Of a DNA stretch of 64,000 nucleotides, positions 1 through 13,025 are shown piece by piece. The DNA lies in contig CAWCPV010000008.1 of the NCBI GenBank assembly GCA_963797555.1, forward strand, positions 32,001 to 96,000, in the 5' to 3' direction. Each line of letters begins with the position of its first letter. Position 1 is the first letter of the stretch. Position numbers and translations under genes: made by a program. The stretch comes from an uncultured Gammaproteobacteria bacterium (GTDB lineage Bacteria > Pseudomonadota > Gammaproteobacteria > CAWCPV01). The notes below the pieces were generated by a model. That model searched no databases. It was not told the origin of the DNA and worked only from the letters and a program-made list of their open reading frames with translations.

Positions 1-186
1 TCCCCCGTCGCGGGCAGTCTCTCGGGCCGAGGCGAGACCGTGCTGCATGCCTGCAGGGCCAGCGCCACCAGGGCCAGCCAGGGCAGCCTACAGGCAGCCG
101 AAACCCTTGGAGCGAGGCTCGTCCGGCCCCGGTGCACGCACGGCCAACCAAGCTTCCCCGCCCGGGGAAGTCCGCGCCGGGTCCGC

Positions 187-1293
187 TCATAGACCCTGGC
201 CCCGATGCTCACGCTGGCCCCGGATGGCAGCGCCCAACTGCGTCACGGCCATGGCGTACAACGGGCTGTGATTGTAGCGAGTGATCACGTAGAAGTCGTG
301 GAAGCCGGCCCAGTATTCGGGCCCGTTTTCGTCCTCCAGCGTCACGACGGCAGCAGGAGTGTCCTCGGGGAGGTCGCCGTCCACGCGCGCACCCAACGCC
401 TTCAACGCCTTCAGGCTGTTGCGCGGGCCCGCGGCATCGGTCGGCAGCGGCTGGGCGGAGTCCGCCAGGGACAGGGGTGCGGCGATCGGACCCCCGCGCT
501 CCCAGCCGTGCTCTGCCAGGTAATGGGCCACACTGCCGATGGCATCCGCCGCGCTGGACCATGGGTCGCGCTTACCGTCGTTGTCGAAGTCCACGGCATA
601 GGCGCGGAAGCTGCTGGGCATGAACTGGCCCATGCCCATCGCGCCTGCATAGGAGCCCTTCAGGGTGGCGGGATCCAGACGTTCCTCCCGGGTAAGCAGC
701 AGGAACTGCTCCAGCTCGGAGCGGAAATAGCTGCCCCGGGGCGGGTAGTGGAAGGCGAGCGTGCTCAGCGCGTCCAGTACCGGGTAGCGCCCCGCGTTTT
801 GACCGTAGCGGGTCTCGACGCCGATGATAGCTACGACAATCTCCGGAGGAACGCCGTATATGGCCTGCGCCCGAGCGAGTGCGTCCGCGTGGGCGTTCCA
901 GAACTCGAGGCCGGCATCGATGCGCGGCGTATTGAGGAAGATCGGCCGGTACTGATACCAGGGCTTGGCCTCCGCCGGTTTGGCGATGGCCTGAAGAATG
1001 TCGTTACGGATCTCCGCGGATTCGAAGAGTCGAGTCAGCGCCTCTCGATCGAACCCGTTTCGGACCACCATGTCATCGATGAATACCTGGACCTGCGGGT
1101 CCAAGCCCCCGGGCTGGGCGGTTTGCGGGGATCGCCCCTGCGGCGGCGGAGTATCCGCGTCCACTGCCGCCAGCGTCCCCAGCCCCAGGACCAGTGCCAT
1201 GCTCCAGCGCAGCACGAACGCGGAGGCGAAGCTTGGTTCCCTGCTGAGCATCGCCCTGGTCTTCATCGTCGTCGTTGGTGCCGCGCGTTTCAC
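187..1293 (-). CDS. mltB: Lytic murein transglycosylase B
   Basis: SLT_2 motifs IIGVETRYG, GSYAGAMGMGQFMPSSF, ITRYNHS; probable GTG start overlapping rodA stop. Confidence 0.92.
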   Translation of the reverse strand: MKRAAPTTTMKTRAMLSREPSFASAFVLRWSMALVLGLGTLAAVDADTPPPQGRSPQTAQPGGLDPQVQVFIDDMVVRNGFDREALTRLFESAEIRNDILQAIAKPAEAKPWYQYRPIFLNTPRIDAGLEFWNAHADALARAQAIYGVPPEIVVAIIGVETRYGQNAGRYPVLDALSTLAFHYPPRGSYFRSELEQFLLLTREERLDPATLKGSYAGAMGMGQFMPSSFRAYAVDFDNDGKRDPWSSAADAIGSVAHYLAEHGWERGGPIAAPLSLADSAQPLPTDAAGPRNSLKALKALGARVDGDLPEDTPAAVVTLEDENGPEYWAGFHDFYVITRYNHSPLYAMAVTQLGAAIRGQREHRGQGL

Positions 1294-2420
1294 GGGGCCA
1301 GTCGGTTGCGGTGCGTGTGGACGGACATCAGCATACCGAATCCGGCAAACAAGGTCACCATGGAAGTGCCGCCGTAGCTCAACAGCGGCAGGGGCAGTCC
1401 GACCACGGGCAAGAGGCCCGTGACCATCCCGATGTTGACGAATACGTAGACGAAAAGAGTCAGTGCGATGCTGCCGGCCAGCATGCGCGAGAAGCTGTCC
1501 TGAGCCTGCGTGGCGACATACATCCCGCGTACCAGCAGGGCGACGTACAGGGCGATCACCAGCACTCCTCCCAACAGACCGAGCTCCTCGCCGAGCACGG
1601 CGAAGATGAAGTCGGTGGAGCGTTCGGGGACGAAGTCCAGGTGCGACTGCGTGCCGTTCAGCCAGCCCTTGCCATAGACGCCCCCGGAACCTATGGCGAT
1701 CTTGGACTGGATGATGTGGTAGCCGGCGCCCAAGGGGTCCCTTTCCGGGCTCAGGAAGATGAGCACGCGAAGCCTCTGATAGTCGTGCATCAGATACCAG
1801 AACACGGGGGCCAGGACGGCGAGCCCCAGCACCAGCGCCCCGATGAGCCGCCAGGACATTCCAGCCAGGAACACCACGAAGGCTCCGGCACACGCCACCA
1901 GCAAGGCTGTGCCCAGGTCCGGCTGCTTGGCGATCAGGACAGTGGGCAGCAGGATCAGAGCGCCTGCGACCAGCAGACGTTTCCCGCCGACGGGCAGTTG
2001 ACCGTCGCTGATGTAGGTTGCCACCATCAGAGGCACCGCGATCTTCATCATTTCCGAGGGCTGGAAGCGGATCAGGCCTAGATCCAGCCAGCGCTGGGCG
2101 CCTTTTCCGATCTCTCCGACCACGAGCACGGCACCTACCAGCAGCGTACCAGCGCCGTAGAACGCAGCCGCCCAGTGCTTCATCTGCTGCGGCGTCACCT
2201 GGGCCACCCCCGCCATGATGGCGCAGCCCGTGCCCAGGCGCAGCAACTGGCGGACGATGACCTGCGTGTCCTGTCCCGATGCCGAGTAGAGGACCGTCAG
2301 GCCGACACCGGACAGCACCGCGATACCGAGCAGCAGCGGCCAGTCGATGTGCCAGCGGAGCATGACACTGTCCCAGCTCGGGGCCCGTTCCATTGGCGGC
2401 TGTCGGTCAGCCCAGCGCAT
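1290..2420 (-). CDS. rodA: Rod shape-determining protein RodA
   Basis: SEDS motifs GAQRW, FQPSE, QPDLGTA, GYHIIQS, PERSTDFIF, SYGGTS; follows PBP2. Confidence 0.95.
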   Translation of the reverse strand: MRWADRQPPMERAPSWDSVMLRWHIDWPLLLGIAVLSGVGLTVLYSASGQDTQVIVRQLLRLGTGCAIMAGVAQVTPQQMKHWAAAFYGAGTLLVGAVLVVGEIGKGAQRWLDLGLIRFQPSEMMKIAVPLMVATYISDGQLPVGGKRLLVAGALILLPTVLIAKQPDLGTALLVACAGAFVVFLAGMSWRLIGALVLGLAVLAPVFWYLMHDYQRLRVLIFLSPERDPLGAGYHIIQSKIAIGSGGVYGKGWLNGTQSHLDFVPERSTDFIFAVLGEELGLLGGVLVIALYVALLVRGMYVATQAQDSFSRMLAGSIALTLFVYVFVNIGMVTGLLPVVGLPLPLLSYGGTSMVTLFAGFGMLMSVHTHRNRLAP

Positions 2421-4268
2421 CACCGACCGCCCTCCAGGTAGGCGTCGAGCACCTGCCGGGCAATGGGAGCCGCGGTGGCCCCGCCGCTGCCTCCATGCTC
2501 GGCGACGACCGCTACCGCGATGCGTGGGTCCTTCACGGGCGCGAACGCGATGAACAGCGCGTGATCGCGCAGCTCCAGAGGCACCTCGTCCTTGTGGTAC
2601 TTTTCGTCCGGCCTCAGTCCGAACACTTGTGAGGTGCCGGTCTTGCCGGCGATCAGATAGGGCGCGTCGTGGCCAATGCCGCGAGCAGTTCCCCGGCTGC
2701 TGTTGACCACCCGTGTCAGCGAGGCGATGACATCGTCCCAATAGCTGGTACGGGACATCGGGATGGTCCCCAGGACACGGGGTGATGCCAGATCCAGCGG
2801 CCCGCCGCGCTCATCCTGGGTCGCGTACAGCACGTGCGGCTGGAAGCGCAGGCCGTGATTCGCGACGCTGGCCATCGCAGCCGCTAACTGCAGGGGCGTC
2901 GCTTGCAGGTACCCCTGCCCGATGCCGGTAATCAGGGTCTCCCCCGGAAACCACGCCGCTCCCTTCGCCGCTCTCTTCCAGTCCCGTGTGGGCAGCAGAC
3001 CCGGCAGCTCGCCGCTCAGGTCTATGCCGGTCGTGCGCCCGAGCCCGAACTCGCCCAGAACCGCAGACAGCCGGTCGATGCCCAGCGCCAATGCCAGGTT
3101 GTAGAAGTAGAACGTCGCACGACTCGACCAGGGCTCGGTCCATGTCCACCCGGCCATGGCCCGTGCGCCTCCAGCAACGGTACTTGTGATCGTTTCCCTT
3201 CAAGCGGTACCAGCCGGGACAATACGTGGCGTCGGCCGGCGTGACGACTTGGTATTGAAGCCCCGCCAGGGCCACGAAGGGCTTGAGGGTGGAGCCTGGA
3301 GGGTACCGGCCGCGCAGCGCGCGGTTGAACAGGGGCTGATCGGGCGATCTCTGTAGGGCCGCATAGGCCGCAGGGTCGAGCCCGCCGACGAATAGGTTGG
3401 GATCATACCCCGGCTTGCTGACCAGAGCGAGCACCTCGCCGGTACGGGGATCGAGCGCCACGATGGCGCCGTTGTATTCGCCCAGCGCCTCCTGGGCGCG
3501 TGCTTCGATCTGCGCGTCGATGGTCAGATAGAGGTTCTTACCGGGGACCGAAGGCGTCTCATCCAAGACGCGCAGAGCCCGGCCTTGGGCGTTGATCTCC
3601 ACCTGCTGCACCCCGACGCTTCCGTGCAGCACATCCTCGTAGTACTTTTCCACACCGACCTTGCCGATGTAGTTGGTGTTCCGATAGTTGGACGCGTCGA
3701 CCTGCTGCAGCTCGTCCACATCGATGCGCCCCACGTAGCCAAGGACATGCGCGCCAAGAGGCCCCAGAGGATAATGACGGCGCAGTCGCGCTTCGATGTC
3801 TACCCCTGGAAACTGCTGCCGGTTGACGGCGAAACGGGCCACCTCCTCCTCGGACAGGTTGAACCGCAGGGGCACGCTTTCGAACCGAGGCGTCCGGGCC
3901 AGCATCCGGTAGAAGCGCTGGACGTCGTCGTCGCCGATGGCGATCAGGTGCCGCAAGCGTTCTACGGTTGCGGGGAGATTGTCCACCTGTTCCGCAACCA
4001 CCTCCAGTTGGAACGACGGCAGGTTCTCGGCGAGCAGCACCCCGTTGCGGTCGTAAATGAGACCCCGAGTGGGCGGTGATGCCACGAGCTTCACCCGGTT
4101 GTCCCGCGAGAGCGTGGTGAAGTGCTCGTGGGCGACCACTTGCAGGTACACCAGCCGAAGCACCAGCAGGCCGGTCATGAACAAGGCGCCCGCTAATGCC
4201 ACCATGGCCCGGTGGTTGATGAGTCGGCTCTCGCGCAGGTAATCCTTGAGGGCGCTATCCGGAAGCAT
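2420..4268 (-). CDS. mrdA: Penicillin-binding protein 2, split by a +1 frameshift near 3111 (likely sequence error)
   Basis: RGLIYDRNG, STLK, ESCDV|YFY, KTGT spread over two overlapping frames (ORFs 2811-4649 and 2420-3157). Confidence 0.92.
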
Positions 4269-4270
4269 GG

Positions 4271-4753
4271 TTAGCTCACACGGAACCGCCGCCGCAAGTC
4301 CCGCAAAATGATGAACAGCCAGGGCCAGAGCAGCATACTCGTGAGCGATGGCAGCCAGTAGCGCCAATGGGTGGGGGCCTGACCCAGGACACCCTTGATC
4401 CACAGGACCAGCAGCCGCTCCAATGCGACAAGCGCCAGGACGGCGAGCGCTTGCCGCCACAGCGGATAGACCCGAAGATGCCGGTAGCCCCTCAAGCACA
4501 TATATGCCACGACGGTGAACGCCAGGGCGTGCTGACCGAGCAGGCTGCCGTACAGGGAGTCTAGGAGCAGCCCCGCGATCCAGGCCAGCCCCATGCCCAC
4601 TCGATGGGGCAAGGCGATGCACCAGTACATGAGCACGAGGAGCACCCATTCCGGGCGGTAAGGCGCCGCCCAGTCGGGCAGGGGCAATATGCTGAGGGAC
4701 AACGCGACCAGGAGTGTGGACAGGATCACCCAGGCGCCACGCTGCGGCGTCAC
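4271..4753 (-). CDS. mreD: Rod shape-determining protein MreD
   Basis: Hydrophobic 160 aa, RPEWVLLVLMYW, GSLLGQHAL; operon position. Confidence 0.93.
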   Translation of the reverse strand: MTPQRGAWVILSTLLVALSLSILPLPDWAAPYRPEWVLLVLMYWCIALPHRVGMGLAWIAGLLLDSLYGSLLGQHALAFTVVAYMCLRGYRHLRVYPLWRQALAVLALVALERLLVLWIKGVLGQAPTHWRYWLPSLTSMLLWPWLFIILRDLRRRFRVS

Positions 4754-4818
4754 CGGCCCTCCGCAGTACAGCAGAAGGGGTCAGTCAGCACGTCCTTCTG
4801 CGGCGCGCAGCGATCTGG

Positions 4819-5709
4819 TCAGCCACCGCCATCGGAGCCGGCCACGGGTCGGGGTGGGTCCGTACGTCCGGTGTCGGGCTCCTGGGCGTTGGGCCACACC
4901 AGGAGCACCTCGCGGCTGCGATCCAGATGCGCGCTCGGGAGCACCTCGACCTTGGCGAAGGGCTGGCCCGGACTCGGTTTCACGGACAGCACGGTGCCCA
5001 CCGGGTATCCGGGGGGGAAACGGCCTCCCAGGCCCGAGGTGGTCAGCAGGTCGCCGGGGCGGAGGTCGGCGTTGTTGGGCAGGTGGAGGATTTCCAGGAG
5101 GTTGCCGGAGCCGGTGCCGACCGCGATCGTCCTCACGCCGTTGCGATTCACCTGCACCGGAATGGCGTGGTTGGGGTCGCTCACCAGCATGACCCGGCTC
5201 GAGAAGGGTCCCGTATGGACGACCTGCCCCATCACGCCGTCGGCATCCAGCACCGGCTGCCCGATGAACACGCCTTGGCGCGTCCCCTTGTCTATCACGA
5301 TTTGCTGGGAGTACGGCTCGGTGGCTACCGCGAGCAGCTCTGCAATCAGCATGCGCTCACCCACCCGGAACCGGAAGGAGGACTCTAACAGCTCCCTCAG
5401 GCGCATGTTCTCCGACTCCAGGGCGAGGTACTTCTGCAGGCGACCCTTGAGCAGCAGGTACTGGGCTTGGAGGCTGGCGTTCTCCTCCAGCAGCGTCTGC
5501 CGGGCGGCGAGGCTCTCGCTCAGCCACTCGCCCGCGTTAACGGGCAGGTTCACCAGCCACTGTATCGGGTACACCACGACCGACAGACCCGCGCGCACCA
5601 TCTCGAGCTGCGGCAGCCGATGATCGGCCCACATCAGGGCAACGCATGCGACGACGAACGCCACGAGGCGCGCCGTTATGAGCGGCCGGTGGGAAAAGAT
5701 CCGTTTGAT
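4819..5709 (-). CDS. mreC: Rod shape-determining protein MreC
   Basis: Coiled coil ENMRLRELL, TSGLGGRFPPGYPVG; start possibly ATC at 5709 after GGAGG. Confidence 0.93.
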   Translation of the reverse strand: MKRIFSHRPLITARLVAFVVACVALMWADHRLPQLEMVRAGLSVVVYPIQWLVNLPVNAGEWLSESLAARQTLLEENASLQAQYLLLKGRLQKYLALESENMRLRELLESSFRFRVGERMLIAELLAVATEPYSQQIVIDKGTRQGVFIGQPVLDADGVMGQVVHTGPFSSRVMLVSDPNHAIPVQVNRNGVRTIAVGTGSGNLLEILHLPNNADLRPGDLLTTSGLGGRFPPGYPVGTVLSVKPSPGQPFAKVEVLPSAHLDRSREVLLVWPNAQEPDTGRTDPPRPVAGSDGGG

Positions 5710-5729
5710 ACCGGTCCTCCCGGAAGAGG

Positions 5730-7201
<1,472 letters not shown>

Positions 7202-7202
7202 C

Positions 7203-8696
7203 ATGGAGGAGCGCACCGTCGCCAAGCTGTCGCAGGCGCTGGGCCGCCGGGCCGTCTCCAGCGAGGAGCTGACGCGGTTCTACCTGCAGCGCATCGAGCG
7301 CCTCAACCCTCTCTTGAACTGCTACGTCACGGTCTGCGCCGGCGAAGCGCTTGCGGCGGCGCGTGCAGCCGACCGCCGCATCGCGGCCGGGGAAGCCGGG
7401 CCGCTCACGGGCATCCCCATCGCCCATAAGGACATCTTCTGCACCCTCGGCGTGAAGACGAGCTGCGGCTCGCGCATGCTGGACACCTTCGTGGCCCCGT
7501 ACGACGCCCACGTGGTGAGCCAGCTTAAGGCGGCGGGGGCGGTGCTTCTCGGGAAGACCAACATGGACGAGTTTGCCATGGGCTCGTCCAACGAGACCAG
7601 CTACTACGGCCCGGTCAAGAATCCGTGGGACCTCGGTCGGGTGCCGGGCGGGTCGTCGGGCGGCAGCGCAACGGCGATCGCCGCTCAGCTCGCCCCGGCG
7701 GCAACCGGCACGGATACCGGCGGCTCCATCCGCCAGCCGGCGTCACTCTGCGGCATCACGGGCCTCAAGCCGACCTACGGCCGGGTCTCGCGTTACGGCA
7801 TGGTCGCCTTCGCTTCCAGCCTGGATCAGGGCGGTCCCATGGCGCGCACCGCCGAGGACTGCGCCCTGTTGCTCGGCGCCATGGCGGGGTTTGACGAGCG
7901 CGACTCTACCTGCGTGGACCGCCCAGTAGAGGATTACGCCGCTGCTCTCGGCCGGCCGGTCGAGGGCCTGCGTATCGGGCTGCCCCGTGAATATTTCGGG
8001 CCGGGCCTGGACGCCGAGGTGGCCCAGGTCATCGAGGCGGCGGTCGCGCAGTACGAGGGAATGGGAGCACGGGCCGAAGAGATCAGCCTGCCGAACACGG
8101 CGTTGGCCGTGCCGGCCTACTATGTGGTGGCCCCGGCCGAGGCCTCGTCGAACCTGGCGCGCTACGATGGGGTGCGCTACGGCTACCGCTGCGACGCGCC
8201 CCGCGACCTGGAGGATCTCTACAAGCGTTCCCGCGGAGAAGGCTTCGGTCCCGAGGTGACGCGGCGCATCCTGGTGGGGACCTATGCGCTGTCCGCGGGC
8301 TACTACGACGCGTATTACCTCAAGGCGCAGAAGCTGCGACGCCTGATCAGCGAGGACTTCCGCCGGGCCTTCGGGCAGGTGGACGTGATCATGGGGCCCA
8401 CTTCGCCCACCGTGGCATTCAGAATCGGGGAGAAGACCACGGACCCCGTGGCCATGTATCTCTCGGACGTCTATACGATTGCCGTGAATTTGGCCGGTCT
8501 GCCCGCCATCTCGCTGCCGGCGGGCTTCGCGAGCGGGCTGCCGGTCGGCCTACAGATCATCGGCGACTACTTCGAGGAGGCGCGTCTGCTCAATGCCGCC
8601 CACCAGTATCAGCAGGCGACCGACTGGCATCGGCGCCTGCCCGAGGGATCTGAAGGCGTGGGGGAAGGCGTGAAGGCCGCGAGGGGCGAATGGTGA
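7203..8696 (+). CDS. gatA: Asp/Glu-tRNA amidotransferase subunit A
   Basis: Amidase signature [31 protein letters not shown]. Confidence 0.97.
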   Translation: MEERTVAKLSQALGRRAVSSEELTRFYLQRIERLNPLLNCYVTVCAGEALAAARAADRRIAAGEAGPLTGIPIAHKDIFCTLGVKTSCGSRMLDTFVAPYDAHVVSQLKAAGAVLLGKTNMDEFAMGSSNETSYYGPVKNPWDLGRVPGGSSGGSATAIAAQLAPAATGTDTGGSIRQPASLCGITGLKPTYGRVSRYGMVAFASSLDQGGPMARTAEDCALLLGAMAGFDERDSTCVDRPVEDYAAALGRPVEGLRIGLPREYFGPGLDAEVAQVIEAAVAQYEGMGARAEEISLPNTALAVPAYYVVAPAEASSNLARYDGVRYGYRCDAPRDLEDLYKRSRGEGFGPEVTRRILVGTYALSAGYYDAYYLKAQKLRRLISEDFRRAFGQVDVIMGPTSPTVAFRIGEKTTDPVAMYLSDVYTIAVNLAGLPAISLPAGFASGLPVGLQIIGDYFEEARLLNAAHQYQQATDWHRRLPEGSEGVGEGVKAARGEW

Positions 8697-10174
8697 CGTC
8701 GGAAGTGGCAGCGAGAGTCTCGGAAACGCTCCAGCGTTGGGAGCCGGTCATCGGCCTGGAAATACACGCCCAGCTCTCCACGGTGAGCAAGCTGTTCTCG
8801 GCGGCGCCGACGGCCTACGGTGCGCCCCCCAACACGCAGGCCTGCGGTATCGACTTGGGGTTGCCGGGGGTGCTGCCGGTCCTCAACCGGGAGGCCGTGC
8901 GCATGGCGGTGAAGTTCGGGCTCGCCATCGCCGGGGAGATCGCGTGCCGCTCCGTGTTCGCGCGCAAGAACTACTTCTATCCGGACCTCCCCAAGGGCTA
9001 CCAGATCAGCCAGTACGAGCTGCCGCTCGTCTTGCACGGCTATGTGGACATCGAGGGCGATGACGGGCGCACCAAGCGCATCGGTGTCACCCGGGTGCAC
9101 ATGGAGGAGGACGCCGGCAAGTCGGTGCACGACGTCTTCCACGGCCTCACGGGCATCGATCTGAACCGGGCCGGCACCCCGCTCATCGAGATCGTGTCCG
9201 AGCCGGATCTGAGGTCGGCCCGAGAGGCGGTGGCCTACATGAAAAAGGTGCACGCCCTGGTGCGCTACCTGGAGATCTGCGATGGCAACATGCAGGAGGG
9301 CTCGTTCCGGTGCGATGCCAACGTCTCCGTGCGGCGCAAGGGCGATCGGCACTTCGGGACGCGCACCGAGCTGAAGAATCTGAACTCCTTCCGGTTCGTG
9401 GAGCGTGCCATCAACTACGAGATCGAGCGGCAGATCGACGTGCTGGAGGGCGGTGGGAGCGTGGTGCAGGAGACGCGTCTCTACGATGCCGACAGGAACG
9501 AGACGCGGCCCATGCGCTCCAAGGAGGAAGCGCACGACTACCGCTACTTCCCCGAGCCCGATTTGCTGCCTCTGGTGCTCAGCGAAGCGGTCATCGAGGA
9601 GGCGCGAAACGAGCTGCCGGAGCTGCCGGACGCCAAGCGCGAGCGTTTCGAGACCGAGTACGCCCTGAGCGGCTACGATGCGGGTGTGCTGACGGCGACC
9701 CGTGACATGGCGGACTACTTCGAGGCGACGGTGCGGGGCTGCGCAGACGCCAAGCTCGCGGCCAACTGGGTGATGGGCGATCTCTCTGGGGCACTGAACA
9801 AGTCCGCTGTGGAGATCGCCGACAGCCCGGTGAGCCCGGCGCAGCTCGCGGGGCTGCTGGGTCGTATCCTGGACGGCACGATCTCGGGCAAGATCGCCAA
9901 GCAGGTATTCGAATCCATGTGGGCCGGTGAAGGGGACGCCGACGCCGTCATCGAGCGCGAGGGGTTGCGCCAGATCACCGACACGAGCGCCATCGACCGG
10001 GTCATCGAGCAGGTGATCGCCCAGTTCCCGACCCAGACGGCGCAGTACCGCGGCGGCCAGGAGAAGCTGCTGGGCTTCTTCGTGGGTCAGGTCATGAAGG
10101 CCACGGCCGGCAAGGCCAACCCCCAGCAGGTGAATGCCGTGCTCAAGGAAAAGCTGGCCGGCCCCAGGGGTTGA
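8690..10174 (+). CDS. gatB: Asp/Glu-tRNA amidotransferase subunit B
   Basis: [36 protein letters not shown]. Confidence 0.97.
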   Translation: MVTSEVAARVSETLQRWEPVIGLEIHAQLSTVSKLFSAAPTAYGAPPNTQACGIDLGLPGVLPVLNREAVRMAVKFGLAIAGEIACRSVFARKNYFYPDLPKGYQISQYELPLVLHGYVDIEGDDGRTKRIGVTRVHMEEDAGKSVHDVFHGLTGIDLNRAGTPLIEIVSEPDLRSAREAVAYMKKVHALVRYLEICDGNMQEGSFRCDANVSVRRKGDRHFGTRTELKNLNSFRFVERAINYEIERQIDVLEGGGSVVQETRLYDADRNETRPMRSKEEAHDYRYFPEPDLLPLVLSEAVIEEARNELPELPDAKRERFETEYALSGYDAGVLTATRDMADYFEATVRGCADAKLAANWVMGDLSGALNKSAVEIADSPVSPAQLAGLLGRILDGTISGKIAKQVFESMWAGEGDADAVIEREGLRQITDTSAIDRVIEQVIAQFPTQTAQYRGGQEKLLGFFVGQVMKATAGKANPQQVNAVLKEKLAGPRG

Positions 10175-10289
10175 ACCGGCCACCCTTGTGCCGAGAACCG
10201 CTCCCCGCTCGGGGGGAACGGGGCAAACGCGCTCCGCGTCGGCGCAGTGAAGCCGCCGAGACCGTCCCGGACCCGCTCTGCCCGCCGGG

Positions 10290-11151
10290 GTGCGCATGGC
10301 ATCCCTAGCCGATCGCCTGAAGCTCTCCGCCCGCGCCCTGCTGGATCCGGGTTGGCTCGATCAGTGGCCGCGCCTCGTGAGACCGGCCCAGTTCCTGCTC
10401 GTCAGCCTGCTTGCCTACGAAGTCGCGAACCTCACCCTGCTCATCGTGGGCCCCCACTCTCTGGACGCGCCCTCCAAGGCGACCGTCCCGGTTCACTCTC
10501 GAAACGCCGGGCTGAGCGCCGAGGAGCTGCGTTATCTCCTGGCCCAGGACCCGTTCGCCGGTGCCGCGGGTGCGGGGAAGACCACGACGTTCTGCAGCTC
10601 CTGCGGGCAGGAGCCGGCTGCGGGTCGAGCTGATGGGCACCTCCGTGGGGGAAGAGCCGGACAGCTATGCCATTCTGTTGGTGCCCGAGCTGAAGCCGCA
10701 GGAGGAGGTCTATCGCCTCGGCGAGCAGCTCACGCCAGGCGTGTCCCTGCGGCGCATCGAACGCGACCGGGTGGTGCTGCTCGACCACGAACAGGAACAG
10801 ACGGTCATGCTCGAAGAGCGGGGCTCGGCGGCTCCGGGACAGGGGACGCCGGCGCGCACGCTTTCCAGGGCGCAGGTGAACGCCCAGAAGCAGGACCCCG
10901 CCCGATTCATCCGCAGCATCGAGCTGCAGCCGGCTGCCCAGGGGCTGCAGGTGACGCGTCTGCAGCAAGGCAGTCTTCTGCAGCGCGCCGGCCTCGCCCA
11001 GGGCGACGTGATCTTGGCGGTGAACGGGCAGCCCGTCAGATCGATGGGGGACTTGGCGGCTGTCTATGGAGGCATGGAAGAGGCCAGCGACATCGAGGTC
11101 CAGGTCCTGCGCGGCGGTGCGGCGATGACCCTGTCGGTGGCGATCCGCTGA
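10290..11151 (+). CDS. GspC/PilP-like type II secretion protein with C-terminal PDZ domain, frameshifted near 10590
   Basis: N-terminal TM, ELMGT..G..YAIL..VYRLGE..I..DRVVL, PDZ GLAQGDVILAVNG; two frames. Confidence 0.65.
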
Positions 11152-11212
11152 GAGCTTAGTGCCGGATAGGCCAGTTGCTATACTGAGCCTTGGCCACTCC
11201 AGGGAGGCAGCT

Positions 11213-11410
11213 ATGAGCAAAGTGGAGGCACTGGAAGAGGAGGTGCGCAAGCTCTCGACTGAGGATCTGGCCACATTTCGCCAATGGTTTCAGGCGTTCG
11301 ACGCCGAAGCGTGGGATCGCCAGATTGAGGCCGACGCGCTTGCAGGCAAGCTTGATGCGCTCGCGGGAGAGGCGTTGAGGGACTATCAGGCTGGGACCAC
11401 GTCGCTTTGA
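11213..11410 (+). CDS. Putative antitoxin (addiction module component)
   Basis: 65 aa acidic protein (WDRQIEAD...GKLD), GGGAGG RBS, overlaps ParE-like gene. Confidence 0.75.
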   Translation: MSKVEALEEEVRKLSTEDLATFRQWFQAFDAEAWDRQIEADALAGKLDALAGEALRDYQAGTTSL

Positions 11411-11657
11411 ATCATCACGCTTCGCCGGCCTTCTGGGTCTGTTATCGCGCCCTGCCGCCAGCGGTGCGCGAACGGGGTGACAAAAACTTCTCCCTGCTCA
11501 AGCAAGACCCCTACCTCGCTGCATTTTTAAGCGCATGGGCGTTATTTCTCGGTGCGCGTAGGTCGGCAGTACCGAGCCTTTGGGGCTTGAGGTGCCCGAT
11601 GGGGTGCTGTGATTCTGGATAGGGAGTCATGCGGATTACGATAAGCTCGTGGGGTAA
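11407..11657 (+). pseudogene. ParE/RelE-like toxin with several frameshifts
   Basis: HHASPAFW..Y..LP, SLHFK, SVRVG..YRA, FWIGSHADYDKL recoverable across frames. Confidence 0.75.
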
Positions 11658-11693
11658 CAATTGCTTGCCGCCGAAGGGGAGGCGGCGTTAATG
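11652..11693 (+). other. Short, degenerate attC-like site
   Basis: GGGTAAC overlapping the toxin stop ... GCCGCC/GGCGGC hairpin ... GTTAATG. Confidence 0.45.
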
Positions 11694-11994
11694 TTCCCGC
11701 CCGGGAGGCGTGACCGACGCGATTCGAGCGAAACTGGGGGGGGTGGAGCGGGGCGCTCTGTGAGCGGTTCTTCAATCCGGTCCTGGAGAAGCTCACCCTA
11801 CGTTCCGAGCAAGCCAGCGGTTAGCCTCGGTGGCTGCAGGTCCGGCTCGCCGCGGCCCCCTATCTCGCCGACCTCGAACCGCTCCGTGAGGGTGATGATT
11901 CGTTTGCCGCGGCGTGTGCCGGCCGAGGGCACCCCCGCGTCCTCGCGCGGTGCTGGGCGCCGTTCTGACGGGAGCACGCCCGGACGCGGCGCGT

Positions 11995-12365
11995 TGCCCT
12001 TGACACGCACCGTGTGTGCTGTGCAAGCTTGTCCCTACGGCGCTGGTCCGCCCCCTGGCGGTGATGCCTCGGTGGGGAGAGCCGAGGTCCGGGCAGTAGG
12101 TAGCAGAAGGTGGCGGAGAAGACCACCGGGAGGTGTCATGGGAGGCAACGCCACAATTCCGATCTGCCCATTAGGTCGGAACCCTCCGCGCCGCGGCAGG
12201 GATTACAAAGGCGCGGCGTCCGGCTCCGAGGTCTCCAGTGCGGGTCGGCCGCACCTTGTCCGCCTTTCCCCGGCGAGAAGTCTCTGCACCACGATCCGGC
12301 CTCGTAGGTTCACGGCATCTAAGGCCTTGTCTTGGCGCAGACTCACGGGCTTCCACGGCGTCCGA
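11995..12365 (+). repeat. ~370 bp promoter/leader module, copy 1
   Basis: Colinear with 13305-13662; TTGACA at 12000; GGAGGTGTC-ATG at 12138. Confidence 0.85.
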
Positions 12366-12413
12366 ACCGAGCACGGTCCGCGGGGTGGGCGTGCGGGATA
12401 GGCTGCATTAAGC

Positions 12414-12854
12414 ATGACCGATGTCCGTAGAGCTGATCCGGCTGCTCGACGACGAGCGGTTCTCTTTGTCGCCGTCGCAATAGTTGTCGGAACGCTTCTG
12501 ATTGTTGGCCTCGAGCGATATCGCGACCCACTCCGCGATTGGGTCCTCGCGGAACCAGCGACATCAGCGGAGCGAATCAGCTTGATACTTCTACTTGTCG
12601 CCGCGCTCTTGCTAGCGCCGCTACTTGGGTTCGCGGCCTATCTTTGGTCGCTCGGCGGAAGGATTCTCCGAGCGAAAGAGTTTCCACCGCCGGAGCTTCA
12701 CGTTATTCGCGATACTCAGGTCATCACCGGCGAAGCGGCGGTATCCCGGGGACGGCATCTCAGAATGCTGGCGGTTGGCTGTGGCGTTGCTAGCATTGCG
12801 TTAGGTTTTCTGCTCTGGCGCCTGGCGTCAATGTTTAACGACCATGCAGCCTAA
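12414..12854 (+). CDS. Hypothetical membrane protein (gene cassette)
   Basis: 146 aa, 3 TM segments; stop inside GCCTAAC. Confidence 0.8.
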   Translation: MTDVRRADPAARRRAVLFVAVAIVVGTLLIVGLERYRDPLRDWVLAEPATSAERISLILLLVAALLLAPLLGFAAYLWSLGGRILRAKEFPPPELHVIRDTQVITGEAAVSRGRHLRMLAVGCGVASIALGFLLWRLASMFNDHAA

Positions 12855-12945
12855 CCCCGTGCTAAACACGGCGCGCAGGGCGCGGGCCACGCCCGATCCC
12901 TGCGCGCTGGCGGACTCTCCATCTTGGAAGGGCTCTACGCTAGAG
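12849..12945 (+). other. attC-like site
   Basis: GCCTAAC ... CGCGCAGGG/CCCTGCGCG stem ... GCTCTAC-GCTAGAG (mutated R'). Confidence 0.6.
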
Positions 12946-12963
12946 GTCACCGCTTTGTTGACA

Positions 12964-13017
12964 ACTAGCGGGGCAGATCGTCCGCCGGCGGATGCTAACA
13001 AGCGAGAACTGACCCCA
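12964..13017 (+). mobile_element. Internally deleted RAYT-like 3' end remnant
   Basis: Shares ACTAGCGGGG and GATGCTAACAAGCGAGAACTGACCCC-type sequence with the reverse complement of 47476-47750. Confidence 0.6.
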
Positions 13018-13025
13018 ATGTCGCA

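Noticed and set aside
3100-3125. Programmed frameshift in mrdA
   Set aside because: No slippery sequence; a single extra base is better explained as a sequencing error
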